Counted from the stretch's first letter, positions 49,573 to 62,311 are shown. The stretch: DNA of 64,000 bases from Podarcis muralis (GCF_964188315.1 NC_135669.1:27838001-27902000); one strand, 5' to 3'. Program-made: numbers and translations. The notes: generated from the sequence alone by a model not told the origin.

Positions 49573-52264
49573 AATTATCATTACATAAGATGGACTAAAT
49601 GACTAAGATTTTCCAAGCACTGTACAGACTGTACCACAAATTTCTTTTATTGTTGTAGGTCTCACTTGTTTTCTCTAATTCACTTCAAGATGACAAGGAA
49701 AAGGTACCAACTTCTGTTGAGCTTCCCTTAAAATCAATGAAGAAAGAGAGAAGTCCATTTTTCTATCCGAGCAAACTTTAGGACTGCTGCTAGAGTTATA
49801 TAACAATATATTATACAATAAAAGCCTTCAAATCCAATAATGCAATGCATGATTAGGACATTCATACTCCTGCTCTGCTCAGTTCCATTGAAAAGCAAAT
49901 TGCTAGTCACTTCTTCCCACCTCTCCAATCCCCTCATTACTTTCACACAATTTCATGATTGCAAGAGATTCAGCTCATGTCATTTGAACATCTAGAACAG
50001 GCAATGATGGGAACAATTTCCCTTCAAGAAGCAGACACACTCAATGATTCCAAAATAATTACATCTGCTAAACTATCTCATTTGCACAGGATTTGCCAAA
50101 GAAGAAAGGTAACTATTTAGTACAGAAAGCTACATTTTTAATTTACTCTCCAACAATTTCTTTCTTCTTTTATTACTTATTCAGCACACAAAATTGGTAA
50201 GCAGATCTATTAACATTCTCCACAGATAAAAATAAATAAACCCCTGGTCTTAAAAGTGCCTCGCACTGCAGCTGCCTTTGCAAGTTTGTTACAATTTGGT
50301 TTGCACAGCTGGCAGTGACTGCAGGTGGCCAGAAACACATTAGAAATGTGCTTGACTACTACCGGGTAAGTTAATGTGAAGGAAATCATAATGGGCTTAT
50401 TTTGCATGGATCCAAACAACAGCCAGCAGGTTTACACAATTTAATATAAAGCATATACCTGGGGAAATACAGACATGTCACCACCCACCTGCGTTATGTA
50501 AATGACACATATTTTTGCCCTAGTCATTCTGTTTTCAAACGTGCTACAACAGCAAATCAGTGCTTAACAGTGCAATCTATAGGTGTCAATTCAGAGGTTA
50601 TCCCCACTGAGTTCAGTATGTTTGTAACCAGGTATGAGTTTTGAAGCATGTGTGTATAGGACTGCAGCCCAACTCAGGGTAAAACTACATAGCAACAGCA
50701 CAATAGCAAAAAAATAGTGTGTGTGTAATACCAGCAACATAAAAGACCCTGACCAAAATATTTTCAAATTTCATTTATAAGTGTTGGCCATTCAATGGCT
50801 TTCTCCTATACACTTGCTAAGCACCCCTTTTTATCCAGGTTTTTGTAAATTCCATTCATATGTGTAACTGCATCACAGTATATGGCATGTGGACAGTTAT
50901 GTTTGCTGTCCTTTTCTTTTTAGTACACTTCAACACATTATGGCTGCAGAAATCCAAAGCAAGCAGCAAGTGACTAGTAAAATCCAAGAAACACAAAGGG
51001 CTAAGGGGAAATTCCAGTGGTGAGAAATTAGTTCCTCGGTGTCTTGAACAGATCATTGCCCTTCATCTATACCTACCCATTCTTAGATTCTATCCAGAGA
51101 TAAATTATCGAAGGAAAGGAAGGCCTCAGGTTAAGCTAAAATGTTGGGGCCCAAGTCTCTGCTGTTATTGCCACTGTCTTGACAATAAGTACTGCTCTGT
51201 TTGCTTATATATAACTTTTTTAAAAACTGTGTGTGCTCACTGAGTACATATTAGCCTGAACACAGCCCATAAAGACAAAAAGAAAAAGAAAAAAGCATCA
51301 GCTGCCTTATTTCCAATTAGACCAAAGATATATGTGGTTCTAGAGTGGGTGTAGTTCTTTAGGGTCTTAGGTAGACGTCTCTCCCTGTTCTGCTGAAGTC
51401 TCTCAGCCAGAGGTGCCAAATCACTCCTGAACACAGATACTGTACTCAGTGCCTCAAATACTGTATAGCTGTTTCTCTGGTCGTCTGCGACTGAACCCAA
51501 CGGTCAGGGTTACCTTTACCTTTTTACATTGACTTCTGTTCCTACAGCTCTCCTATTGCATTCCCCCATTGTACTTCCTATAGTACTAATCACTATTCCA
51601 AATTCTTGAAAAATCTAGAATCCTGATAGCAAAATAAATGATGCACTATTCATAGCTATTTGCATGTTTGCTTAATTTGTATAATATTGTTGCACGCCAC
51701 CAGAATCTCTGCACAGTGTGAGATTCCAGGGGTTCCAGGTGTTTAACAGGCGTTCATGTTTCCTTTAGGAATGAGGCACAGCGGAGGCTGTGGGGTGTCT
51801 TTATGACATGGCTTATTTACAAAGATATACAACCTGTGCCTGTGATGGAAGGGGTAACACCCCAAAAGGGTCTTGTTTCTCCCACAGCTGCAGTCTTGGA
51901 TTAAAACCGAAATCAAACATTGTTCTCAAATGTTGCTCTGACTCTCTCTAGCTTGCTACTTTCCTTCTACGTCACATCACTGCAACTCAACTCTAAACTC
52001 AAGCTTTGTCCTATCTTCCACCCCACCCCCCACTCATAACAATATACTCTAGATCAGTGTTTCCCAACCTTTTTCCGACCCTGGCCCCCTTCCGACCTTG
52101 TTTCCTTCCTGTGGCCCCCCACTCTGTCATACAGGTAGGAAGGAAACTATTTAAATGTTTTGTTTGTAAACAGAACATGTTTTATTCATAATTTTTATCA
52201 TTTATACAAAATACAATTACATAAAATGATAGGAACATACTGAAATATTGTTGAAGCAGAAAAA

Positions 52265-52430
52265 CATAGAATCATAGAGCTGCAAGGGTCATCTTTCTAG
52301 TGAACCCCCCTGCAATGTAGGAAACTCAGCTAAAGCATCCATGACAGATGGCCATCCAACCTCTGCTTAGAAACCTCCAAGGAAGGAGAGTCCAGAACCT
52401 CCCAAGGGAGATCTATCTTCCATGTATTAT
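52265..52430 (-). mobile_element. CR1 LINE 3' end
   Basis: catagaatcatagag tail, then ttcc tacattgcagggg and upstream CR1 sequence (ggatggccatctgtc). Serves as the in-window reference for the SINE tails. Confidence 0.75.
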
Positions 52431-53960
52431 AAAAAGTAAACACCACTTAACTGGCCCCATCTATTTCACACAGAGGGGGAAACCTACAGATACAGTCCAA
52501 AAGGCTCACAAGGAGTTCTGCATATATGGGAGAATTTTAAAAAACAAGTGGTCCTCACTGACCTGGTACTAAAAGATCTTGTCATTCAGAGGAGCCCTGG
52601 CTGCCTAGATAAAACACTATAGTCCCACACCTAGGAGTAAGACCCACAGAACTCAGTGCAGCTTTCTTCTGAATAGTTAGTTACTAGATGCAAGTCAGCA
52701 GCACCCGACAACCCCACTCGGCTAGACGCTGGGGTGGATTTCACCCTGCACCTTGCAGAGCCGAGCTGACACTACTGACGGGCCCTGTGCCCCCTGGCAA
52801 CATCCAAGGGGCCTGATCCACTGGGCGCTGGGGTGGATTGGAGTGCCTAGTGAGTCAGGACCAGGCTGCCACCAGGCCCAGCTTTCACGGCAGCAACAAG
52901 GAGCTCTGGCTCACCCAGCCCTACCTCTTGCCACACCACCACCACCACACTTACTTGACTTAAGGGTTCTGGATCATGGGCTCTACTTATCAAAATGGGA
53001 GTCTCAGCAATCTCCCACTCCCTCTGGAAACAAACCAGGAGCTCAAATAAAATGCACGTGGCAAAAAGGAGCGCTAGGCCCTGGTGGGCCACACCCTTAC
53101 CCACTTGTGACTGGCCAAGCGGATAACCAGTCAGGATATATTTTAATTTTAAAAAATCCCCCCCCCGGTCACTTCCCTCTGTGGCCCCCTAGCCTTGAGC
53201 TGTGGCCTCCCATTTACGTGATTTTCACCTTTGGCCCCCTTGGAATATCCTGGGGGTCCCCAGGGACCATAGATGTGACACACAGGTTTGCTTGACTCAA
53301 TTTCTGTTACATTGATGCATAATTTAGTACACAGAGTCTTGCTTCTTGCAGTGTATTGGTACAAATTCATGTAATCCTACATAAGAGGGGATTAGAATGA
53401 GCAAGAACCTTGATCACTGCCATTTGTAGCAAACAGATACTGTTTTTTTGTAACTAAAAGAAACCGACTGTACTGAACATGTACTTTTTTGTACAGTATT
53501 AATCGTGATGCATCTTCCCCATTCAGCACCCAGGGAGAAATGTCCTATCTATATGTTTCAATTGTGGCAATTTATGGTTCACTTTCCCCCTCTCAAGATA
53601 ATTCTATGAAAAGCATTCAACCTATCCCAAAAGACAGCAGATCCAATAATGGCTTTATTTTCCCCAAATGAACAAAAATATCCAAAAAGTAAAATGACAC
53701 AGAACAATTCTGAGTATATCCACTATGTGCAGGTTAATACGTGGTGGCAGCTAGTGATTGAAACTGAGATGCTGAAATCAATGTAATTTCTCTTTCCATT
53801 AAAGAGACTTGGAACTAAGAACATAATGGGGTACTTAACATGGATAGATGGCATAGGCCATCACTCACTTTCTGAATGCACTTATAAAATTCTTTAATAG
53901 CCAGGTGTTTAGAATGCATCATATCACTTTAAAATAAAGGAAACTAGAATGAGAAAGTTA

Positions 53961-54147
53961 CAGGTAGGTAGCCATGCTGGTCTGCTGTAGTCGAAACAAA
54001 ATAAAAAAATTCCTTCCTGTAGCACCTTAGAGACCTACTAAGTTTGTTATTGGTATGAAGAAGCATGCATGCACATGAAAGCTCATACCAATAACAAACT
54101 TAGTTGGCCTCTAAAGTGCTACTGGAAGGAATTTTTTAATTTTGTTT
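53961..54147. mobile_element. Penelope-like element pLTR remnant arranged as an inverted repeat
   Basis: 65-bp arms (53994-54058 and 54083-54147, 5 mismatches) around a 24-nt spacer containing a decayed GAAGA...GAAAGCTC hammerhead motif. Family assignment from recall. Confidence 0.7.
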
Positions 54148-55339
54148 GGAATAAGAAAGATAAGCCCACTGGGGCAATGGCAGGGGTAGGACATGAACAA
54201 ATCAGGGGTGGTGGAGGAACTTATGGTAAAAACATACCAAGTATGGCTACAGCCCAACACAAACGGTAAATCATGTGACTAACACCACTCCAGTAACACA
54301 TAACCTGGGCTTCAGGTACTGAACAGAAAGCAATCATTGGCTATGATGATCTATGGATGAAGCTATAACTCACCACTGTACAGTTCTTTGGCACCAGCCA
54401 TATACAGCTAGTATTGGAATCAAAGTAGAAAACAAATTCAGTGTCAATCACAATGACATTCAGAATGAACCCCTTGGGTAAAACTGCATCTTGCATTGCA
54501 AACATGGTTTATGTTTTAAAAAATTGGCCTGTTGTATCTGCCATCTTAGCTCTGCCTTTTTATCATAAGCTCTTCCCCGACTCCGCAAATTGCATTGTGC
54601 AACTGAATCACACGCTTGCATGGAAGAGCCACAACTCATGCCACCCTGCTGCAGCTTCTAAGGACCACCTGCTCCCCCACTTCCCAAGATGACTTGTGTC
54701 CCTTTGTGGATGGTGACACACCCAGTTTATGTCAATACTACAGGGACTGCAGTAAAATGTGCAAGTACTAACGAGCCGATAATGAATTACGGTATTGGAA
54801 TATTTGAACAAAATAGCTCATGTTAGCAATTCCATACTGCCATTGACTTGAATGCCCCCATTTCTGCTGTGGAAGTTGTCAGGTGGTTGCCATGGGGTAG
54901 CACAGTTGCTGTAGCAACCATACATCACAGAAGCTGACATCATCTGGTCAAAAAATCAACCTGTTCATTATCAACAGGTTATATTTATACACAGTGAGTG
55001 ACTAAGCTCTGCATGCCAATGTTTTGTTTTATACTCCCTGCTTCCTGTGTCAAAGAGAAGATTACTATGTTGCCTGCCAACTACCATCAAGGTAAGATGG
55101 CTTTCAGCACAGGTGAAGTGAGATCCAGATATGTACTCAGCCCCACTCAGTTTTGGTGGGAGCTGCTTCCTGGCATGAACAAGGATGAAAACAATAAACG
55201 CTGAGTGAATTATCCTGGTTCTATATGAATTGGACACCAGGTCAATTCTGTTCCCATCCTAGATTTGAGTGAGATTTTGGGAAAGTTTTGGGTGCTGCTT
55301 TGACCAGTTTCTTCTTCACACAGCACACAATTAAAACTA

Positions 55340-55773
55340 CAGAATTTGCTCCCACAAGTAGTGATGGCTATCAAACTGGGTGGTTTTAAAAGATTAGACA
55401 AATTTATGGAGAAGGCTATCAGTGACTACTAACCATGATGGCTATGTGCTACCTCCACAGTCAGAAGACAAGATGGCGACCACTAGCTTTTAGTTAAGTT
55501 TTATGGTTTTAGCTCCATTTTTAAAAATGCTTTTAAACGTTTAAGGCTTAGGCTTATTGTTGCACTGCCCTTCCCACCTGATTTTACTTTTTTTAAACCT
55601 CCACAGTTGGAGGAAGTACAGCTCCATTAGTTGCTGGAATTGTGGGTTCAAGAGCACTTGTTTCACTCAGGTTCTGCTTGTGGGTTTCCCATAGGCATCT
55701 GTGTATGGCCCGTGAGAACAAGATGCTGAACTAGACAGGCATTTGAATTGAACCAGCAGGCTTTTATGTTCTT
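55340..55773 (+). mobile_element. CR1 LINE 3' fragment with internal insertion
   Basis: Decayed ORF2 end (gtgatggct...ttttaaaagattagacaaatttatggag...aaggctatc) plus 3' UTR. ACCTCCACAGT is duplicated around a roughly 140-bp insert. Confidence 0.75.
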
Positions 55774-56879
55774 TTACGTGCATCTATAGGGCAGAATTTA
55801 AGTATTCTAAAGGAACAAGTATGACTTAATGTATTTACAGACATGCATCCCCAGTTCAGATTTTAGAGCATTCATCACCTAGCACCACGGGAAGCAGGTA
55901 TTCTGCAGAAACACTAAGAGAACCATTGGCAATGAGAAATGGAAACAAGCAGCTCAAGCAGTAGGAAACTCATATGATAATAGGCAACGTGGGGTAAAGT
56001 GTAGTAAAATACTGAGGAAAGTTTGACCACCTGTATTAACCCTAACTGAATGGTAAGGAAATTTTTTTCCAACTATCCAAATAAAATGCCTTTATGCAAT
56101 TCAAGGGTTTGGTCATCTGCACCATCCTTTTAAAACACACACCATCAGATGAAAACCAAAGGAATTGTTGAAGAACAAGCATGGCATATTCCTGATCACT
56201 TGTGTGAGCTACCCTCAGAAACTTGTATTGTGTAAATAAAACTTGTATTAAAATAAACAAATAAAAGAATGGGAGCAAATCAGACATCCAATTCATCCTT
56301 AACAAATGGGAAGGAAATTTGTTGCCACACACCAACTGCCCACGTGCAGTGGAAAAGTGTGGTAAAATGGTTGTCTCATTCAAATTCACAATGGAAAGGG
56401 AAGGTTTTACCACGTGCCAACTACCAGAGTGTGAAACCAATGGAACACTAAAGTGGGATTTGTATCAATTCTGTCAGGTGGTATGACCGTGGCCAATGTG
56501 TGTGAAGAGATGTGTGGTAAAATAGCCATCACTTTCAACCCTATCAGCAAGAAAAGGTTTTAATGGGCAGATTTACCAACCACACAGGTGGCAGGGAAAC
56601 TTTTTACCACAATCCAGCCTTTTACCACAACAATTGCTTAGAACTGTGGTAAAATGGGTGCCTTTACTAGCTATATAGCTGACCACTTTTTAACACCAAC
56701 ACCATCCCTGCTGTCATATAGAGACGAAATGGACGTCGTCATTCAACCAGTATTAAACATGAGGGGCATTTTTTCTACCACACATCAAGTCAACTAGTGG
56801 CAAAAAAAAAAAAAAAAGCGGGAAGAGGACACTGAGCGAGAGGCCTTTTTGCCCCTCATGCAGGCCCATCCCCCCCCTT

Positions 56880-58130
56880 TGCCCCGCGCAGCCTAAGGCG
56901 CGAGAGGCGCGCAAAAGTCTGCAGCCAATCAAAGAGAAGAATCAGTTCCGCGCCTCGGGCGCCTCCGGCTACCCCCCTCGCCTGCCCCCAGCGCGAGGGC
57001 GTCAGTAAGGCCCATCCGCTCGCGCCCAACGGCCACCCGCGGCCGTCCCAACCACTCTGGGCGATAGGAGGGGAGAGAGATAGAGAGGAGATCGAGCCTG
57101 CACCGTGCGGAGGTGTTTAAGTGGGGGACGAGTTGCACAAGCCGCCGAGAAGAATGATCCAACCGCGGGGGAGGGGAAAAGAGCTGCCTCGGGTGGGGTG
57201 GGTGGAAGTGTTGGGGAGGGAAGGGGGCATTAAAATGGCTCCGACACCCCCCCTGCTCCAGTAAGGTGCTGGGGCCCGGACTATACCAAGCGGGGAGGGG
57301 GGAGAGGCGCAGACGGGGGCAGCCCTTTCTCTCCCCGTCCGGGGCGGATGGGGTATCCCGATCAGGGCGGGGAGGGGGGAGCGGACTGTACCTCTCCGGC
57401 AGGGAGGGGGGAATGGCAGCGCCCTAACCCTTATCCCCCACCCGCGGGAGCGAACGGTTTGTCCCGGTCCCGGCGCCATCTTGGGTGCGACTAAAACAAC
57501 AACCCCCAAAACCCTTGCCGGAGCCCTGCGGGAGCCCCGGCACGCGCTCCCTACTCGGGCCGTCCCATCGCATTACCTGAGGGGGTTCAGTGGCGGTGTC
57601 GTGTCCGGACCGTCTTCCAGGGCCCGCCGCAAACCAAACCCGCCCACCTGTCCTCACCTCACAATGGTAGCTGCAGAGCGAGAGGGGGGGGAGAGGTTGC
57701 CCAGACTTATTACCATAATCTGCCTAGCAACCGCAGCCGGGGCCGCGAGCTGATTGGTACGCCGCCACGCTTATATTAAGGGATGGCGCCGAAAACATCT
57801 CTGGGATGACTACGCAGGCTGCATAATAAAACGGAAAATTCAGGGAGGGGGGCTTCAAATCTGTGGGGAGAGAGACCCCACACACTCTATATGCCTTTGG
57901 GCCAGCAGAACTCGGGGACCTCGGTCTGCCAATCACGGCAAAGCTCTCATCCTGCCGCATCGTTGTAAGGGGACCGCCCACCAATCGCGAACGTCGTCTT
58001 AATTCGAGCGTTTCTAGCAGGGCGGTAAACATGACACGTGCTAGCGCCCCCTGTAGGAAAAAGGGAGCGCGTTTAGCAGCGCCCCCTGCAGGTGGGGTGG
58101 CGAAAAGAGGGTTATGGCTGCTTGCAGGGG
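56880..58130. promoter_or_regulatory. CpG island / PRDM10 promoter
   Basis: Sharp rise in GC and CpG content. CCAAT boxes at 57753-57757 (reverse), 57929-57933 and 57981-57985; GC box CCGCCC at 57974-57979; YY1-type CGCCATCTT at about 57474-57482; TATA-like TTATATTAAG at 57771-57780. Confidence 0.9.
57658..57745 (-). other. PRDM10: Putative non-coding exon 1 (5' end approximate)
   Basis: Donor GAG|GTGAGG (GT at 57657-57656) inside the CpG island, downstream of a TATAAG-like site (57775-57770, minus) and CCAAT boxes. Confidence 0.65.
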
Positions 58131-58979
58131 GTGGGAAGTGACACCTGCTGGAGAGGAAATAAGAAAACCCTCGTTGCTTCCCGATCGATGATTCCCATTG
58201 GGATCTAACCTGGATGACATTAAAAGAGGATTAGGTGCATTAAGGGAGGAGAGGGCTATCGGCGGCTACTAGCCATGATGGCAGGGTTTTACAGAGGCAT
58301 CTCGTTGGCTGCTGTGAAAACAAGGATGCTGGTCTAGCTGGGCCATAGGCCTGATCCAGCAAGCTGTTGCTATGGCCTTACCTCTTCTATTTGAAAGGCT
58401 CTCACACCCAAGTCCTATGCAAACCTATAAAACCTTAAGAAGGGAGAGCAGCAGGGGCTCTGAAGGTGCACATCAATAAATAGCACATGGGCAGCAGACC
58501 GAGCAGATACACAGGTCACTTGTTCAGAGTCTTGTTCCACACAGAGATGTAGTCATCTTTAAATTACAACATTTCTAAATTTGCATGTTTTAGCTCATGG
58601 AGACCAATTTCCTCTTTTGGTTGTGCCTTTTTTTTCAGCAATGCCTAAGTGGCCACCCTAATAAGGGGGTGTAGTCTCATCCCCCTCCCCATGTGATATT
58701 TAGGAGCACCTATACCTGTCGGCAGCGCACTAGTCCTGCACACTGACTAATGTTCAAGGTAACTGAATGAGCTCACGTACTCAGTACGCTTGTCAGAGGC
58801 ACATAGCCTAGAACTGCAACTCCCACCGGCCCCAGCCAGCATGTCCAGTTGTCAGGGTTATATCTGAAGGGTACCACACAGGCAATCCCAAAGAGAACCT
58901 GCAACTAATGCTTTAAGAAAGGAAAATTCTTCCTTTGCAAGTAACAATTGAAGAGCGGGCCTTTAAATGTTGCTGTGAA

Positions 58980-59480
58980 TTTCTCCTGGGCATCGTGGGC
59001 CAATTGGTGCCAAAGAAGGATAGAACTTTCTTTATGTATGCTACGACAGCAGCAAGAATACTTATCGCAAAGTACTGGAAGACACAAGATCTACCCACCT
59101 TGGAAGAATGGCAGATGAAGGTGATGGACTACATGGAACTGGCAGAAATGACTGGCAGAATCCGAGACCAGGGAGAAGAGTCGGTGGAAGAAGATTGGAA
59201 GAAATTTAAAGACTACCTACAGAAATATTGTAAAATTAATGAATGTTAGAATGATGTTGGATGAAAAGTTATGTGGTTTTTAGCTATAACGCCATAAGGA
59301 GTATGAAAAAATGGACTATTAACAGACAAAAATTTAATGTTACATTATTTTAAGATTAAAGTTTAGGATAAATAAAGAGGGGAAGGATTTGCTGAACTAA
59401 CAAATTGAACGGGAATACAAAAAGGGAGGTGTGAGGAGGTCGGGGAAACAAGCAAATGAAAGATAAGTGATGGAAAGATG
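58980..59480 (+). mobile_element. L1-clade LINE 3' fragment (ORF2 C-terminus plus 3' UTR)
   Basis: FLLGIVGQLVPKKDRTFFMYATTAARILIAKYWKTQDLPTLEEWQMKVMDYMELAEMT...WKKFKDYL matches the non-mammalian L1 ORF2 end. Stop at 59249. 5'-truncated; right boundary approximate. Confidence 0.85.
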
Positions 59481-60576
59481 GAAGTGCTCTGTGTGTGCAC
59501 ATGCGCTAAAACAGCGTCTTACACATCTCTGGTTTTGCTCAGAACTGGGAGTAGAGGCTGCTCCTTTGCCCATCCTCTGCTGCAAACGGTATCATCAGGA
59601 TTCAGGAAAGCAACACCCCAGGCCACCACATTTGTGTGAACAGTTATCTCTGGTTTAGCAAACACAGCTATGAGTTATGTAGGCTGTCACAGATGTTGCT
59701 GCTATTGTGCAGAAAAACTTGAGGGTTGCGTTAATCAATCTGGCATAACTGCTTCCCCTTGGTCCAGACCATCTTCAAGGGTAGCTCCATATAATGTGCA
59801 TTAGTGTAAAATGGGAGGTTGGCGGGGCATGGATTACTGTGGCTGTGCTATCCTGGTCCAGGAGTAGCTAGTGAACCAGCTAGAGCTGGAGGTAAGTACT
59901 CCTAGCCACTTGAACTTCTAATGACAACACTGGATTCAGGATTACCACCAAGCTACGCACGTCCTGCTTCAAGGCCATCGCAACCCTATCACAAAGAGGT
60001 TGCCTACTCCCAATTCCCAAACAGAAGACACGCCCACCCTTCCACCTTGTCAGCATTCAGTCTCTGTTGGTCCTGCTAAAAATCAACCAGCTTTGGCATT
60101 TCTGCCGAAGCCCAGCTGAGATGGGTCAAGCTAACGTTTCCTCCATGCACATCTCAAGTTGGACAACCACCACCCTCTCAAGAGCATTGCACCTGAAAGG
60201 AATATTTGTGAAATGGGTGGTAGCTGTCACACTCTGGATCTGGGAAGGGCTTCTTAAGAAGCGGCTGCATCACCCCATCCATGACAACCTGTACCACATA
60301 TTTCTCCCCCAAAGAAGCATAAACCATTCCCCACATCCACTCAGTCAGCTTCTTCCTGCTAACATAGAAGTCAGTGCTCCAATGCAGAATAAATGAAGTC
60401 ACATAAGGAGAGGAATTTGGGCTGTTGGGAGTTCCATTATCCCTCTCCTGTTTGCACTGGGAACCGTTGCATTTCTGACGGCAGCCAGGAACATCCATCT
60501 ATGCTTGCAAAATGTAAGCTGAATTTACCAGCATTTAATAACGTATTTCTGTCTTGGTATCAGATGATATGTGTAT

Positions 60577-61155
60577 CATAGCTGTCAAGTGTCCCTTATT
60601 TGAAGGGACAGTCCCTTATTCCAGCGCCATGTCCCGCTGCTGTCCCTTACTGATGGATGTCCCTTAAATGATGTCCCTTAAATTTCAAAGGAAGCAGCTC
60701 CTCTCCCTCCCTCCCTGCCGGCCAAGGAGGAGAGAGGCTTTGGCTGTGTTGCTCACCCAATAAAAAGTCTAAGAACGACTGGGGGGGGTGGAGCTTGCAT
60801 GCCTTGTGTGTGGCTAGTTAATGCAAGCTGAGGGGGCTTTTGAATGCTGGACGCCATTTTGTTGCATGCGCTGCTGCAAACTTTGCAGTGTCAGGCCGGG
60901 GAGCCATCTTAAGTTGAGGCTGCAAAGGCCTTGCGGTGCATGGGATTCAGATTCTATTCAGTTGAACCTCTGGTTACAAAGTTGGTTGGACAGTGTTCTC
61001 GAAGCTACCAGCATGAGTTTGACCAGAGTGCAGGAGGACAGGAAGACTGGAGTGCCTGGAACAGGTGAGGCTGCAGGTCCCTTATTTTGGCTGCTGGTCC
61101 CTTATTTTCAAGGCTGCTGGTCCCTTATTTTCAAATCGGTAAGTTGACAGCTATG
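60577..61155. mobile_element. hAT (Blackjack-like) non-autonomous transposon, 579 bp
   Basis: TIR CATAGCTGTCAA/TTGACAGCTATG. 8-bp TSD ATGTGTAT/ATGTGTGT. Eight GTCCCTTA subterminal repeats. Confidence 0.9.
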
Positions 61156-61966
61156 ATGTGTGTCAGTGATTTCTTGGGTCTACCATCTGCTCACATGCTT
61201 TTATCAATTAGAGAGCACTAAGCAGAAAACAAACACCTTGGCAAGGATGCGGATTTGATATTAAAAACCGCTTCTTTTTCTGTACTGGGAATTGTATATA
61301 ATGAAACCCCAGCATGAGTTCTAGTAGAATCCTGGCCTTGAATTTGTAAGTGGAGTGGGTGGGTGGGGTAAATATTTCCTGAAAGAAATGGTATGTCTGA
61401 TCCTGCAGGTCCTTAAATGAATAATTGCACAATGAAAAATTTAACTTTACTGGGACTATTCATGTACGTAATGGCTATTTGTATGAAGGAAGTTCTGGAG
61501 TTTGAGCATTAAAATTGTATAATCCATCATCGGTTTGTCATTTTCCTTCGGTGACGTTCAGTCTTGTTTCTTAACATTTGAAACAAAAAACATATTTAAC
61601 TCTGCCAGAACCACCTCGCTTGCTACACTTGCCCTCTGGGTTCAGTTAAGCACACTGCATCACTGTTACAACCAAAGTGGAGATGGGGCACTCTAAGGTC
61701 ACATGTTGCACACCAGATGAAACGCTTGTCTGTTTAGCCCAATATTGTCTACCCTTGACTAGCCAAGGCTTTCTGGTGTCGTAAGCAAACGACTTTCTAT
61801 TTGATCATCTTATAGACAACAGGGAACAAACTAAATCAGACCCAACTTCCATCTAGCCCAGTATTCTGTTTCCTACCGTGACTGACTAGATGTTTTGAGG
61901 AAGCCTGACTTAAGACAGTTGCCTTTTCCTGCTGTTGCTGCCAAGTGACTGATGTTCACTGGCATA

Positions 61967-62311
61967 AGGTAAGGGGACCCCTGACCATTAGGTCCAGTCG
62001 TGACCGACTCGGGTTGCGGCGCTCATCTCGCTTTACTGGCCGAGGGAGCCGGCGTACAGCTTCCGGGTCATGTGGCCAGCATGACTAAGCCACTTCTGGC
62101 GAACCAGAGCAGCGCACGGAAACGCAGTTTACCTTCCCGCCGCAGCGGTACCTATTTATCTACTTGCACTGGCATGCTTTCGAACTGCTAGGTTGGCAGG
62201 AGCTGGGACCGAGCAACGGGAGCTCACCCCGTCGCGGGGATTCGAACCGATGATCTTCTCATTGGCAAGCCCTAGGCTCTGTGGTTTAACCCACAGCACC
62301 ACCCGCATCCC
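61967..62311 (-). mobile_element. Sauria SINE
   Basis: 14-bp TSD TGTTCACTGGCATA/TGTTCCCTGGCATA. Confidence 0.93.

Larger units (their letters stand above)
3897..57732 (-). other. PRDM10: PRDM10 gene span visible in window (5' part; 3' exons continue beyond position 1)
   Basis: Spliced exons translate to a protein co-linear with human PRDM10 (recalled), from MEPDSRDD... through the PR/SET domain to ...[10 protein letters not shown]. All intron phases are consistent. The next expected exon (VKKHVRSFHSEK...) was not found in 1-3896. The 5' end (TSS) is inferred. Confidence 0.97.

Noticed and set aside
52753-53295. 180-aa plus-strand ORF
   Set aside because: TTG start, GC-rich repeat-like sequence including a MITE end, no recognisable domain.
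57755-57766. PRDM10 autoregulatory site (TGGTAC core)
   Set aside because: Only the first six bases match the motif I recall (TGGTACATTCCA), and it overlaps a CCAAT box. Too weak without ChIP data.
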